A stretch of 64,000 nt of DNA from Octopus vulgaris (GCA_951406725.2 OX597815.1:68076001-68140000); one strand, 5' to 3'. Numbered from the stretch's first letter, positions 1-13,610 are shown. A program made the numbers and translations. Notes: generated by a model not told the origin, from the letters alone.

Positions 1-352
1 ATGTTTTTCTCAGTTCTGCTGGTTGCAAGTCTCACAGAATGTTTGTCAATATCAACATTTTTTTCTGGCCTGAACCACTTCTGTGCAGCTCATACACTCC
101 TCTCCATACACTTTCTGCAACTCTGCGTAGGCCTCTGAGCAGGTATCGTCATGACAACTTTCTCTTGTCATGGTCACTGTGACAATCACATGCTACACAC
201 CTTCCTTCCAAGCAGTGCAATAAACAGAAGTTAGCCAGAACGTTAAAACTTAGTACAAATGCACAGCAGAGTTCAAGGTCAATCTTTGCCAAGTGGTTTC
301 ACTCTGAGTGTTACTAAGACAACAGTCTAGATACTTATTGATCAGACCTCAT
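1..352 (-). mobile_element. Mariner transposon 5' fragment (decayed), truncated by window edge
   Basis: Minus strand starts with mariner-type TIR (GAGGTCTGATCAATAAGTAT, 331-350) and encodes DTCSEAYAELQKVYGEECMSCTEV, resembling the mariner N-terminal HTH. Confidence 0.7.
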
Positions 353-656
353 GTGTGTGTGTATGTATATATATATATATAATATCTGAAGGAAACAGTT
401 TTCTTTTTTTTTAATGATATAATGTACTCATTTATCAATTAAAAAATTTATTAGAAACAGCTGTAATGATTTGACACTAAAAAATGTACAAGTCTGAATA
501 GCTCAAGAGCAGATTATATACTCAGTTGGGTCAAAATGACTGCATACACCACCCGAATATCATTCAGCCAGTACTTCTGTACCAAGGTTGGTATTTATCG
601 AAAAATTGCTGTGAGTATTCAACTGAATCTTGTTTATATTGTAATATATGTATATA

Positions 657-1756
657 TGTCAGGTGAGTAAAAAGTAAGCAATGTTTTGAACCATAGAGAA
701 TTTGTACCAGATCTTTGCAGAGTTTTTTTTTTTAAACATTTTTTTTGAAATTATCTGATAATACAGACATAGACTTGCCCAAATGCATCAATAAATTAAC
801 ATTGATATTTTTTTTCACAGTTGTTACAATCATCTGAAATGGAACTGTCAAAGCATGATATTCAAGCAACTTTGCTATTCAACTTCAAAAAGGGATGTAA
901 AGCAGCTGAAACTGCTCGCGATATCAATGAAACATTTGGTGAGGAAATGGCCAGTGAGTGGTCAGCTAGAAAATGGTTTAAACGTGAACATAGTGGAAGC
1001 CCATCTGTCATCGATAATGGTCAATTAAAGACTGTCATTGAGAAAGATTCACGTGAAACCACTCAAGAACTAGCAAAAAGAACTTCAGATTAGCCAGAAA
1101 ACTGCTTGCAACCATTTGCATGCAATCAGAAAATCAAAACCCCTTGACAGATGGGTACCACACGATTTGAATGAAAATCAGAAAATGCACAGACCAAAAT
1201 GAAGCACCAAAAACCTTCCTTAAACCTGAGCTCTTCAAAAAGAAGGTTATGTTGACTGTTTATTGGTGTACTGCTGGACTCCTCCACTATAACTTCTTAA
1301 AACTGAGAAAAACTATTACTGAAGAAACATTGCCATGAAATTGCCAAAATGAATGAAAAACTGATACTCCTGCATCTCAGACTGGTCAACAGAAGAGGGC
1401 CAATGACAATGCTCAACCACACATTTCACTAATGATGCTCCAGAAGTTGAAGGAACTTGGCTATGAAGTTCTTCCCCACCCAGCTTATTCCCCAGACCTT
1501 TCTCTAACCAACTACCACTTTTTCAAGCACCTTGATGGTTTCCAGCAAGGAGTTCAAAAATCAAACCGATGCTGAAAGTGCATTCAAAGAGTTCATCAGA
1601 ACTCCAGATTTTTGTTACCAGAATAAACAAACTTGTAACTCGTTGGTAAAAATGTGTTGATTGTAATGGTACTTACTTTGATGAATAAAATTTCTGCATT
1701 GTTGAAATATATTTCAAATGTTTCAAAATGTTGCTTACTTTTTACTCAGCCTGATA
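657..1756 (+). mobile_element. Mariner (Hsmar1/SETMAR-like) element with internally deleted, frameshifted transposase
   Basis: ~35-bp TIRs (TCAGGTGAGTAAAAAGTAAGCAATGTTTTGAA / TTCAAAATGTTGCTTACTTTTTACTCAGCCTGATA); ORF FKKGCKAAETARDINETFGE; WVPHDL motif at ~1150; LPHPAYSPDL at ~1471. Confidence 0.93.
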
Positions 1757-1816
1757 TCTCTCTCTCTCTCTCTCTGTATATGTATGTATATATATATATA
1801 TATATATATGCATACA

Positions 1817-2155
1817 CAATTGCAGCATGGAAGGTGTTTATAAGCCATTTAAGAAACTCACAAAAACCATTAGATTCACTTAAACATTTAAATTTAATTT
1901 GCCAAAATATTTTTGTCGCTTTGAGACCGCGACCTGCTCACTGGCAACATTCCGAGCACGGAATTTTGTTAGTGAACAGGTCATGGTCTCAAAGTGACAA
2001 AAATATTTTGGCAAATTAAATTTAAATGTTGAAGTGAATCTAATGGTTTTTGTGTGTTTCTTAAATGGCTTATAAACACCTTCCACGCTGCAACTGTTTT
2101 CATCCCAGCACACGATCTCAGATCAGGTCACTTGCTATGCAAGTACATCTCCGTA
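1817..2155. mobile_element. Fold-back repeat (Penelope-like inverted pseudo-LTR), family A, copy 1
   Basis: ~137-bp inverted arms (1817-1953 vs 1960-2097) plus a ~58-bp unpaired tail; second copy at 23543-23883. Confidence 0.8.
1899..1947 (-). ncRNA. Minimal hammerhead-like fold, G3-C8 variant (G12 decayed); mirror copy on + strand at 1965-2015
   Basis: TTGCCA-GTGAGCA-G-GTCGC-GGTCTCAAA-GCGAC-AAAA-ATAT-TT-TGGCAA: 6-bp stem I, 5-bp stem II, palindromic stem III. Confidence 0.55.
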
Positions 2156-3270
2156 ATACACACACTCACACACACAAATGGGTTTCCTTCAGTTTCTGTG
2201 GACCAAATCCACTCACAAGGCTTCGGTTCACCCAGGGCTATAGAAGAAGATATTGGTCCCAGGTCTCACACAGTGAGACTGAAACAGAAATCATGTGCTT
2301 GAGAAGCAAAATTAACCACACAGCCAAGAAGACAAAATAATTTTTTTTTTAAATCAACAGTTTAAAATATAAAATCCTCATAGTGATCTAACAAAAATCA
2401 TTTCCGGTTTTAACCTAGTAATGTCACCAAAAACACACGCAAAAACTTTAAGAGGAAGGAAAACAGGAATGAAAGAAAAAAAAGTTGAAGAAATTTCAGG
2501 AAGTGAAATCCAAAACAGGAAAATCACATAAAGACCAAACATAAGACATGACAAAATACAATATTTCACAGAAAACTGGAAAAAGAAAAGATTTCAACAA
2601 ATGTATCAGAATGCTTAGAGAAATTTTGAGGAAGGAAGAAGCTATGTTCACTATCATCATCATGAAGAATAATGTTTTTTTTAGTTTTGCTGTTAAGAAA
2701 ATATCAAAATACTAACAGTCACAGCAAGTTCACATATAAACAACAAAAATCAAAACTGGAAACCAAACTAAAAATGTTTTAAATAAAAACTTACATAAAT
2801 TAACATTGCCTAAGAAACAGTATTTCGTTTGCTAAACTAATTCTGAACTTTGGTTAAAGTTTGATAATGAAAAAAAAAAAAGGGATTAGCAAATGTTTTT
2901 ATAATGTAGCAAAAATGTTTATCAATTCTTTTTCATTGGTTTGCATTGAATTTTAAGCACAGGCATGGCTGAGTGGTTAAAAAGTTCATTTCCCAAGTGC
3001 ATGGTTTGAGGTTTAGCTCCACGACAAGGCACTTTGGATAAAGTGTCTGCTACTGCAGCCCATAAACAAAAGCTTCATAAACGGAAACTGAAAGAAGCTC
3101 CCCATATGCATATGAGTGTCTAAATGCTTTTAAATTTTTTTAAAGATCCGAATAATGCACGTTATAAGAAATAATACAAGCAGATGGTTTGTACTTTTAC
3201 CTTGTAAGCAATGTCTTCACTACGTGAAAGCATGTCCCAGTTTCTTGATATGTTTTCAAATGTTACACTA

Positions 3271-4160
3271 GGCGCAAGTGTGGCTGTGTGGTAAGAAGTT
3301 TGTTTCCCAACCTTCCAGATTCAGTCCCACTGCACAACATCTTAGGCAAGTATCTTCTACTTTAGCCTCAGGCTGACCAAAGACTTGTGAGTGGATATGA
3401 TAGACAGAAACTGAAGGAAGCCTGTCAAATACATCATCATTTAACATCCGCTTTCCATGCTGGCATGGTTGGATGGTTTGACTGAGGATTGACGAGCCAG
3501 ATGGCTGCACTAGGCTCCAATCTGATCTGGCAGAGTTTCTACAGCTGGATGCACTTCCTAACGCCAACCACTCTGAGAGTGTAATGGGTGCTTTTACGTG
3601 CCACCGGCATGAGAGCCAGTTAGGTGGTACTGGCAATGGCCACGCTCAAATGGTGTTTTTTATGTGCTACCTGCACAGGAGCCAGTCCAGCGCCACTGGC
3701 AACAACCTTGCTCAAATGTTTTTCACATGCCACCGGCACAAGTGCTAGTAAGGTGACGCTGGTAACGATCATGCTTGAATGGTGCTTTTGATGTGCCACT
3801 AGCACAGGACCCAGTCAGCAGCCCTGGCAATGATCACACCCGGATGGTGCTTTTAACGTTCCACCAGCACGGGTGCCAGTCATGCAGTGTTGTCATCGAC
3901 TTGCGGTGCTATATATATATATATATATATTTATCTATGTGTGTCTGTGTATTTGTATCTGTTCCCCCATCACCCCTTGACAATCGATGTTGGTGTGTTT
4001 AAATCCATGTAACTTAGTGGTTCAGCAAGAGACAGACAGACTAAGTACCAGGCTTAAAAATTGAAAAAGTACTGGGGTTGATTCATTCAACTAAAATTCT
4101 TCAAGGTAGTGTCCAAGTATGGCCTCAATCAGAGGAGTGAAACAAGGAAAACGTAAAATG
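3271..4160 (+). mobile_element. tRNA-derived SINE interrupted by an oppositely oriented retroposon-type repeat (3430-3900) with internal tandem subrepeats
   Basis: GGCGCAAGTGTGGCTGTGTGGTAAG head (A box) and B-box-like TTCAGTCCC; the insert matches copies at 23969-24385 and 61075-61445. Confidence 0.75.
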
Positions 4161-4459
4161 TATCTTTGTAAGCTAAAAGCTTGTTCTTACAGTGTCATTG
4201 GTTCCAAATTCTCCACATAACTATGTCTGGGTTGTTTGTGGTTCAACAGACCAGGAGATTATTACCTCAGTTGGAAACAAGGAACAGGTAGGAGTTGGCA
4301 ACAGGAAATACATCAAACTGTAGAAAAACCCTGCCTCAAAACACTCATCTAATCTATGTAAGTGTGTTGAAGTAGATTGTTAAAACAAAGATGATGATAA
4401 ATAAATTCTCCTGTAAATAGACTTCAAATCAGTGAGTACAGGTAAACCAAGCAGCATTC

Positions 4460-4666
4460 TAATCCCTTTAGCATTCAGATTATTGTCTAATGTAAAGCAT
4501 TTTTATTCACATTGTTTTGTATTAATCATTATCTTGCAGCTTTAAGATTTTGATATGTTTGTTTGACATAGTGAGTTAGGTGTGAGAGGCCACATATAGC
4601 CAGTTTGAAGATAAATAAGTAGAATATTTGGGCCGGAATTGGCTAGTTTAAATGCTAAAGAGTTAA
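4460..4666. mobile_element. piggyBac-like MITE (related copies ~5202-5430 and ~25950-26165)
   Basis: Termini TAATCCCTTTAGCATT...AATGCTAAAGAGTTAA, TTAA-type ends. Confidence 0.6.
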
Positions 4667-6783
4667 AGAAGGGGGGGGGTTCCATTACTTTCCCCCTTAC
4701 AATCCTATGAAACTACCCCTCTCTACCCATCCCTGATCCACTGTCCTCTCATACTCGGCTTTTTGTATATTGAGATACCCTGGCATCTCATCACTACCAT
4801 CTTTATTTTCTTTCCAGCTACTCCCATCATTACATAATGCAGAGTAGCTATATATCTCTTCTAAATCATGACATCTGGGTCTATCCCTGTATCGTTCTTT
4901 AGCCTCTCAATAACTAGCATGAAACCACCTTCCCTGCCTCTCAAATAACCACACATACACTTAGTTGAGGGGCCTTTTTCACTTTTTCCTATTCTTTTTT
5001 CAGTTTTGCAAGTCACTCAGTAACCTCACTTCTGCCAGTGGCACAAAAAAGGTGCCCAGTACACACTGTAAAGTGGTTAGCATTAAGAAGGGAATCCAGC
5101 CACAGAAACCATGCCTATGCTAACACTGGTGCTCAACATTGCCCTGCAGCTCGCAGGGTCTTGCCAAACTGTCCAACCCATGCTAGCATGCCAAGCAGAT
5201 GTTGACCCTTTAGCATTTAATCAGGCCATATCTGGCTCAAATATTTTTCCTGTTTTACATTCAAATCGGCCAGATTTGGCCTCTCACACATATGCTGCAA
5301 TGTAATTCCAAACACAGACAATAACATCATCAAAATCTCAAAGCTATGAGACAATACAGGATTAATTCTAAACACTGTGAATAAAAAAGCACTGCATTTA
5401 GCAGAGCAATCTGAATGCTATATGGTTAAACAATGATGATGAACATGTATCATATTTTTCCAAATTATTATAGTAATTTTACTTAGTTTACTAATTATCC
5501 ATAGAAAGATTATAAATTAGTCATCAGCTAAGTTAATGGGTATGTCTTTGCCACAAAGAAGAGAAAATGTAAAGACTACGCAATTAGCTAAAATCAGATC
5601 ACAATGAATGAACTAAGAAAAGAACATCTATACTAGAAACAATGAAATGTCCTTCGAACCATATCCTATCGCATTTCAAAAAGGATGTGTTGGATAATTT
5701 TAGTTCTAAATACATTTGGAAAAAAACGACCAAACAGAACACTAGAAGCCAGTTCAATCAGGGCTGACCCGCAGATAGTCAAGTCACAGAAATGTGTACT
5801 AAAAAACAAGCTTATCTCACCACCACCTCTAAAAGCACAAGGCTTGAAATTGGGGGAAGGGTGTAGTTGAATATATAAACCCCAGTACTTGACTGGCACT
5901 TTATTTTATTGACCCTTACAAAAGGATGAAAAGCAAAATTTACCACCAAGGAGTATGAGAAGACATTTTGGTGCCATTTGGGATCACTGATCCAATATAG
6001 ATTTATTTCACATGGGATGTTTTAATGTTTCTCTCATTCTCTCTCTCTCTCCCTCATTTCTGCATGCATGCATATGTTTGCCTCCAGCACCAGATTAAAT
6101 ACTGTCAGCAAAACATGCTCAATGTCCAGTCAGTTGTGCCATATCATCTATGTCTAAACAGCTGGCCCCATATGGTTTCATTAAAGCCACAGAGGGAAGT
6201 GAACTCAGAACATAAACAGTAAACAGTCAGAAGAAATACTGCAAGGCATTTTTCCCAATACTCCAACAATTCTGCCACTTGTTACACCAAACTTTCATAT
6301 GCGATAAACAACAGGTAACCTTCCTAACTCATTTCAACAATCTAGTGTAGTTAACCTCTAAAACTGTGACAAACATTTTCTCCCAATTCTAACTTTTATA
6401 TTTGTACCATTTATCATCATCAACATCTGTTTTCCATGCTGGCATGGGTTAGATGGTTTGAAGGAGCTGTTCAGACCCCAGTTGTCTGTTGTGGCATGGT
6501 TTCTTCAGCTGGATGCCCTTCCTAATGTCAACCACTTTACAGAGTGTATGGGTGCTTCATATGTGCCACCAGCACATGTGCACCACTGACACGAGTGCAT
6601 TTCATGTGGCACTGGCACCTGTGAAGGCCAAGTCTGCATGTATGGATGACCACAATTTGTCTTACTTCAAATTTTATGTCAAAGGAACCTCAATTCATAA
6701 CTGCAACCAGTACATATCATCTATTTTCAGCCAAGCCCATTTCTTGTCTAAACAAGAATAGCAACTTCTCTTTCACAAACAAG

Positions 6784-7013
6784 TTAACCCTTTCAATTAC
6801 TGTATTTATTTTGTGATGCTCTGTGTTTCTTTCAATTATTTTAACTATAACAAAGAATTTAGTAAATTAACTTTGTTATCATTAAGCTAGTGTTAGGAAT
6901 ATAAATTTTAATTAAGATTCGGAGGAAGATTTGAATTCAAAACTTATGAAAGCAAGACATTTATACTAAAGAGCCAGAGCCAGTTTTAGCCGGGTTGGTA
7001 ACGAAAGGGTTAA
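6784..7013. mobile_element. piggyBac-like MITE
   Basis: TTAA-CCCTTTC ... GAAAGGG-TTAA: TTAA TSD and CCC/GGG termini. Confidence 0.75.
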
Positions 7014-9839
7014 TGTTTTCTGTTGATAAGAGAATGTGCAGGAAGAACTAGATAAATAGATAAAATGAATAAATGAATGCTAAATCAGATACCAGGTGTT
7101 TTTATAATCTATATTTCTTTAATTCAATAATGTGAGAGTGTGGCTATACATATCTTGGTTGACACTAGTCAATCCATCTTCATTATCAGAATTGGTTCCA
7201 CAATGACATTTATACAAATTACAAGACATTCTATCAACATTACTGGGCAGAAATCTTATCAATATGGATGACTCAGTTTACCTGGGTATATGTCAATTAT
7301 ATTCAACAGATAATAATAATGAGTTAGATTTTTTTTTTATTCTAGTTCATAGCTCATTAAAAATAAATGCTAACAAAAAAGTATACTTAATTAAATAAAC
7401 AAAAAATAGCTGGGAATTCTTTAGAATTTGGTGTGAAAAATCGATTTTTATTAAAAAAAATATCCATTAGAGAGAACAGAATTTTCGTCAACAGATTAAT
7501 TATTCAAAGTTTATTAGTAAACAGCTGTTTGTAATATTCATTGTAACAAGAAATAACCCAACTAACAAGACAAACTGAAATGGAGTAGGAGACTTCATGA
7601 AACTTAAAGTTTATTTTTAATGAGAGTCTTATGAGAGAAGTGGAAACAACAAGATTGATTCATTTATAGCAGAAAACACTTGCCCAAGAAACCATTCTGT
7701 GCAACTGAACCCAAGAACAGGATTAAAAAATGAACTTCTTAGCAACACAGCTATACACACACACACACATCATTATTGTTTTCAAGCATCCTTTTCCATG
7801 CTTGCTATGCATCAGGCAGAATCTTTTGTGGAATCTCTTGTGGCAGATTTCTTCTTTTTTTTTTTTTACAACGAGAATCCCTTCCTGTCACCAACCCTCA
7901 TCTGTTCCCAATTAAGGTAATAATTTTACATGACCACTTAGGTTTTCACAGAAGATTGGAAACAAATGATGCATTTAAAACTATCACACAATGTTACAGC
8001 AAGGGAACACTAACACACAATGAGCTTCTTTCAGTTTCCATCTACTAAATCCACTCACAAGGCTTAGGTCAGCTCAGAGCTATAATAGAAGATACCTGCC
8101 CAAGATGCCATGCAGAGGGACAGAATCCAAAACCAAGCAGCTGGAAAACAAGCTTCTTATGAATACAGCCATGCCTACAGACATACACATGTGTGTGCAT
8201 GAATTTGTGCAAGCGTGTATGTATGTGTGTGTGCATGCACGCGCAATGATGCAAGTCAAGGACTGGATTTCAGAGTCATTTCCAGAGTTGCTCTTTAACC
8301 TTTTCCAAAGATTCTTGAAAAAAACCTGAGCCAAATGCTTGCAACAGGTAGTGATGTCAGATTATTCAACAGATTAATTCTACCAACCAGAGTAGGATTG
8401 AAGACAAAGAGCTAGAAACAATTACCAGAAAACATCCAGTCTGATGCTCTTACACTTGTATCATTCCTCCACCTTTAAGTGGTACTTGTTCTATCATCCA
8501 TGAAAAGTTGCCTTCAGCAGGATTTGAACCCAGAACACAGAGTCAGATGAACTATACTGAAAAATGGTAGGATCATCCACTAATAATAGCATGGGGAAAA
8601 ATCACACCAAATCTAAAGAAACAAGAAATTCTTTCAAAGAATTTAAAATAGGTTTTTCAATACCATACTAATGATATTTTAATTTTTAAATAATATATTC
8701 TAATGTAATCTTTATCATATCATTTTCAGTAATTGTGCTTTGTGTCTGCATTTGTCCCCCAATACTGCTTCACAATGGGTGTTGGTTTATTTACGGCCCC
8801 ATAACTTAGCAGTTTGGCAACAGACACCAATAGAACAAGTACCAGGCACAAAAAAATATGTACGGGGGCTGATTCATTTAACTAAAATTCTTCAAGGTGG
8901 TGTCCCAGTTTGGTTGCAATCTAGTGACCGAAACATATAAAAGTTAAGAGATAAAGATAATTTCAAGTTTCAAGTTATGTCATGGTGAAGAGTCCATAAG
9001 GAGGATGAATTAGCACTATGCACAACTACCAACAATTCAATAACTTTATCTCATGGAAATAAATTAAAAAGATTATATGAAAAGATATGTATGCTCTTCA
9101 CTGTTTAATGTAATTATAAATTCCTCAACAAGCTTAAAGCTAAAAGCAATTCTCTCCTCTTCAGTAGCAACCACAGAAGTCAACCAAAGACAGCATATTT
9201 CATTCAAAATATGGTATCAAAAGGGTTAAAGTGATTTGAATTTAAAATTTTTATCAAAATTTCATCTTATTTTATGTTCCAAACACCAGCTTAATAATGA
9301 CAAAGTTATACTAAATCATTATTTTCAAAATTAATCGAAACCAAAGCAGTGTTATTTCAACAGAAATAAAACAAAAGCATAAAGTTTTCAGAATCTTAGT
9401 TACTTGTGCTAGTTTACATAAAGAGTACTTTAAGGACTAATAAATCCAAGCAGAATACATTCTTTCTAAATTAGACCATTGGTTAATTAGAACATCAGTT
9501 AATTGGGACAAAATCTGAATGAAGATGGATATTTACAAAGATTCACTCTATTGAGTTCAGTAGACAGTAAACTATTAAAGACTCAATAAGAAAACTTCTA
9601 TAAAATCACCTGACAATACTAGAAATAGCAGCCCAAATCCCTCAAAATCACACCAAGAAAACAATGGCCAATATAATCCTAGACATTCAGACAGGATGAT
9701 CACAACTGATATACATTTGAATGTAGGTTTACTCAGTCACCACTTAACCCTTTTGATACAAGCCCACCTGAGACAGTCCCTGATTCTAAGATACAAACTT
9801 CTTGTTTTTAAGCTATCTAAATTAAAACCAATCAAAATT

Positions 9840-11165
9840 CTCCCAGGCTCCTGCAATACAGTCTACAATGAAGGCAATATACTGCCATTTCCAAAGGAAG
9901 GTGATTTGGGTCTCAAAGAATTACAGAGGCATCACTCTTACAGCCATCACTGCAAAAAAAATTTATAATTCATTCCTACTCAACAAGATACAAGAAATTG
10001 AGTTTTGAGAAGAAATCAAAATGGCTTCAGAAAAAATGGATCAGCTGTTGGACAAATATTTACAGTTCATCTACTAGGAGAAAAGCCAGAAACCTTGAAG
10101 CAGTATTACTGTTTGTTGATTTCTCAAAGGATTTTGACTATCCACCATGGTCAAATGAAAAAAATACTGCTGGCGTATGGTATCCCTGAGGAAACAACAG
10201 CAGCAATTATGATGCACTGTAAGAACACCAAATCAATGGTGAAGTCCCCAGATGGAGACACAAGTTTCTTTGATATCAGAGCCAGAGTACTCCCAGGAAA
10301 CACATTGGCACCTTTTCTCTTTGCAGTCATTCTGGATTATCCCCTCAGAACATTATTTGACAATCTAGGCAACCTCAGTTTCACATACATGAAAAGAAAA
10401 TTGATCAGATAGCCAGCTTCAAAAATAACCTATGTAGCTTATGCTGATGATTTTGCCTTGATCTCTTGACACAATATTGAACTCTCCACTCAATTACTTC
10501 ATAGTCTAGAATTAGCTGCACATAATGTTGGACTACTTGTTAACCCTAGTAAAACCAAATTCCTTGCTCACTATCAACAAGGATCCATCACCAGCATCAG
10601 TGGGGATGCCCACCAATCAAGTGGATGATTTTACATATTCCAGTCCTGAGATAGCCTCAACAGAAAAGGATGTAAAAACTCAGACTACCAAAGCATGGTC
10701 AGCCCTATGCAAACTGGATGTTGTTTGGAAATCAACCCTGTCAAACATCCTTAATAGGAACTTTTCCATACAACAGTCAAGTCAGTCCTTTTCTATGAAG
10801 CAACTGCCTGGATGCTTACCAAAAAACTGGAATCCAAGCTAGATGAAACTTAACCCAAATGTTAGGAGCAGTTTTAAATCTTGGAGAACTCATCCTACCA
10901 AGAAGCAGCTGTATGGAGACCTGCCTGTTTCCACTACTGTAAGGGAAAGGCACTTGCACTTTGTGAGACACTACTAGCTAGCTAAACAAGAGCTGGAAAG
11001 TGACCTACTGCTATGGCTGCCAAAGCATAGCCATACTCAAACAGGTCATTCGAGCACAACATATGTAGATCACTCACCAGAGACACAGGATGCCTCCTTG
11101 AAGACCTCCCTTAATTACTGTAAGACAGAGATGGATGGCATGTGTAGGTTAAAAATTGTCCAGAC
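9840..11165 (+). mobile_element. 5'-truncated RTE-like non-LTR retrotransposon, RT pseudogene
   Basis: Frameshifted RT motifs YRGITL, QNGFRKNGS, LLFVDFSKDFD, VLPGNTLAPFLF, YADDFAL (~10440); inserted into a TTAACCCTTTTGATAC-type MITE. Confidence 0.88.
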
Positions 11166-12230
11166 AGTGATGATCAAATTCCATGTTCATTTATGTACTA
11201 AACACCAATTTAATAATGAAAAAATTTCTTAGAGGGTCTACCCTGACAGCTCATCACCACCATTCTTATTTCTTACCAGCTCCACCCATCAAAGTACATG
11301 GGGCATGTGAGTGAGTAGGGGGTTGCAAGTGTGTATGGAGGGCAGAGAAACAAACACACACATACAATGGCCTTCACTTTTTGTCTACCAAATCCACTCA
11401 CATTATAATAATAAATTCTTGCCCAAAGATAAAATGAACAGTTTTAACTGAACAAACATAACCAACCAGATCCATTGTAGACACACTTGGTCATATTACA
11501 TCAATTCATCTCAGCAAATGTTTATTTTTAAACCCTTTTGATACCAAACTGCCTGAGAAACTTTGGTAACAAACAGGTTAAATTAACAATGGATTTATAA
11601 ACCATCACTTCAGAAATACAATTAGATCATTCAATCTCCAGTTAGCTTCTTAAAAAGTATTCATTGTATATCAACTTTCATATTGTACAGTCACAAAAAA
11701 TCTTAATAGTTGCAATTGAAGGGCAAAAAAGGAATGGTTAACTTTCATGGGCACAGATCTTACAACTTTCTAATAAATTTACATCATTTATTTTAATTAA
11801 TTGTATTTTATTAACAGATGATAAATATCTTTCTTTTTTTTTTTAAGTATACTGTTCAGAAACCTAAAGCAATCAATTATATTTAATTACAATTTATTTT
11901 ATTGATAAAAAAAAAAATTACTTTTTTAAAAAAGATTTTTATAGCATACAGTTCAAATATTTTTATGCTATCATAAACGACAATCAATTTAATCATTATT
12001 TGATTTTTTTTAGTACAAGAAACAAAAAAATTATAAAAGTATCAACAGAAAGGATCAAGGGACCAGCGACAGATGATTTATAAAGTTATTTAGATGAATA
12101 TCATTAACATTGATTGAATTATATTCTTAAAATTGTAAACCTAAATTAAACCAATCATTTACTCATCAATAAAATCATTTGAGGACACTCAAAGAAATGT
12201 GGAAATATGCAATTGTAAATCCTCACTTAC

Positions 12231-12323
12231 ATAATACTGTACAAGACACCTGTGCCTGTCCCTTTCACCACCTGACATAAAACAACCGCCTTCTTTACCA
12301 CAACAGTCACTGTGGGGAGACAT
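12231..12323 (-). CDS. Candidate first coding exon of an unidentified host gene: MSPHSDCCGKEGGCFMSGGERDRHRCLVQYY (exon 12231-12366)
   Basis: Acceptor TTTCCTGTGTTTTATTGAAACAG (ends 12367), AAAATG start at 12323, 31 open codons, perfect GTAAGT donor at 12230-12225; non-repetitive sequence. Confidence 0.5.
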
Positions 12324-12934
12324 TTTCTTTGTTTTGTGTTGAATGTGTTACATGGCGACCTCACTACTGTTTCAATAAAACACAGGAAATAAAAACAACA
12401 GTAGCTCAGCTCTAGTGAATAACATTTTTGGTCCCAATCCACATGAATACTGACCCTGGGTCTAATGACACAAATTCCTGTTTTATGGTGATCAAATAAA
12501 AACCTTCAATCAAAATTTGATGTTAATTTATGTTCCAAAATTCTATGTTGGTCTATGCTAACTTAATAATGACAAAGTTACTTCAATCAATAATATTAAT
12601 ACACTTAATTTTTTGTTGTTTTTTTTGTACATATCTGTGGTGTCACACTTACTTCAAAGGAAGAAGTGAGTGGCAAAGCGAATGAGGAGGACAGAGAGGA
12701 AGCAGGAAAGAAAGAGAGAGGGCATTTGTTTTGTTTTTAAATGTTTATCACATTGCAAGAAAAGTAGATACATACATACATGCATATACTGTTAAATTAA
12801 AAACAAGAGACAAGGGACATAATGGAAGTGAAAGAGACAGTAGATACGTAGATCGAAAGAAAAGTTGATACATAGACATTGTTAAATCAAAGAGAAATAA
12901 CTACAGCAAATATTGGATGTCACTTTCAGTTTTT

Positions 12935-13100
12935 ATTACAACATGAGGAAAAAATTAACTCGCAAGTGGCTGAGTACTCCACAGACATGCATACCATTAA
13001 CCTAGTTCTCAGAGAGATTCAGCCTCACACAGAATATGACATGGCAGGCCCCTTTCAATTACAGCTACAACTCATTTTCACCAGCTGAGTGGACAAGAGC
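12935..13100 (-). mobile_element. SINE fragment (same family as 36648-36980)
   Basis: Reverse-complement match to GTCCACTCAGCTGG...CTGTGGAGTGCTCAGCCACTTGC segment. Confidence 0.65.
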
Positions 13101-13610
13101 AAGAGTTATTTTCGCAATTTATCCAGTACAACCCTTACACAAGTAAATAGTATTTTCCTAAACAATAGATCCACTTATATTGGCTTGTGACTAATTCATG
13201 AATAAACCAACACTAGCACCACTGAGGGCAATATCCTCTAAGAATGCACAAAGCCCTTTTCAGCGTTATTTACTTTGAATTGTTATTATCTCATATCTGA
13301 TTAGCTTATTATTATGTAACATGCTGCATGATTTTAGCATACATACCTTATTAGTATTTTCTCCTAAGTTCTATATACTCTGGGAATGCATTAAAGCCCT
13401 TTTTGAGGCTACTTTATTTGAATTCTTACTATCAGGTAACTAATTTCATGTTATTACATAACTGACTTTACAATTTAGGTATTCATAACTTATTGGGATT
13501 TCCTGAAAACAAGATCCTGTGTAAGACAGTTCGGTATTCTCTGCAAATGCACAAAAACCGTTTTAAGGGCTACATACTTTGTATTGTTGTTGTTGGATTA
13601 GTGAAACAAT

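Noticed and set aside
3201-3267. Minus-strand exon VTFENISRNWDMLSRSEDIAYK
   Set aside because: Weak donor, acceptor would come from the adjacent SINE, no recognisable homology
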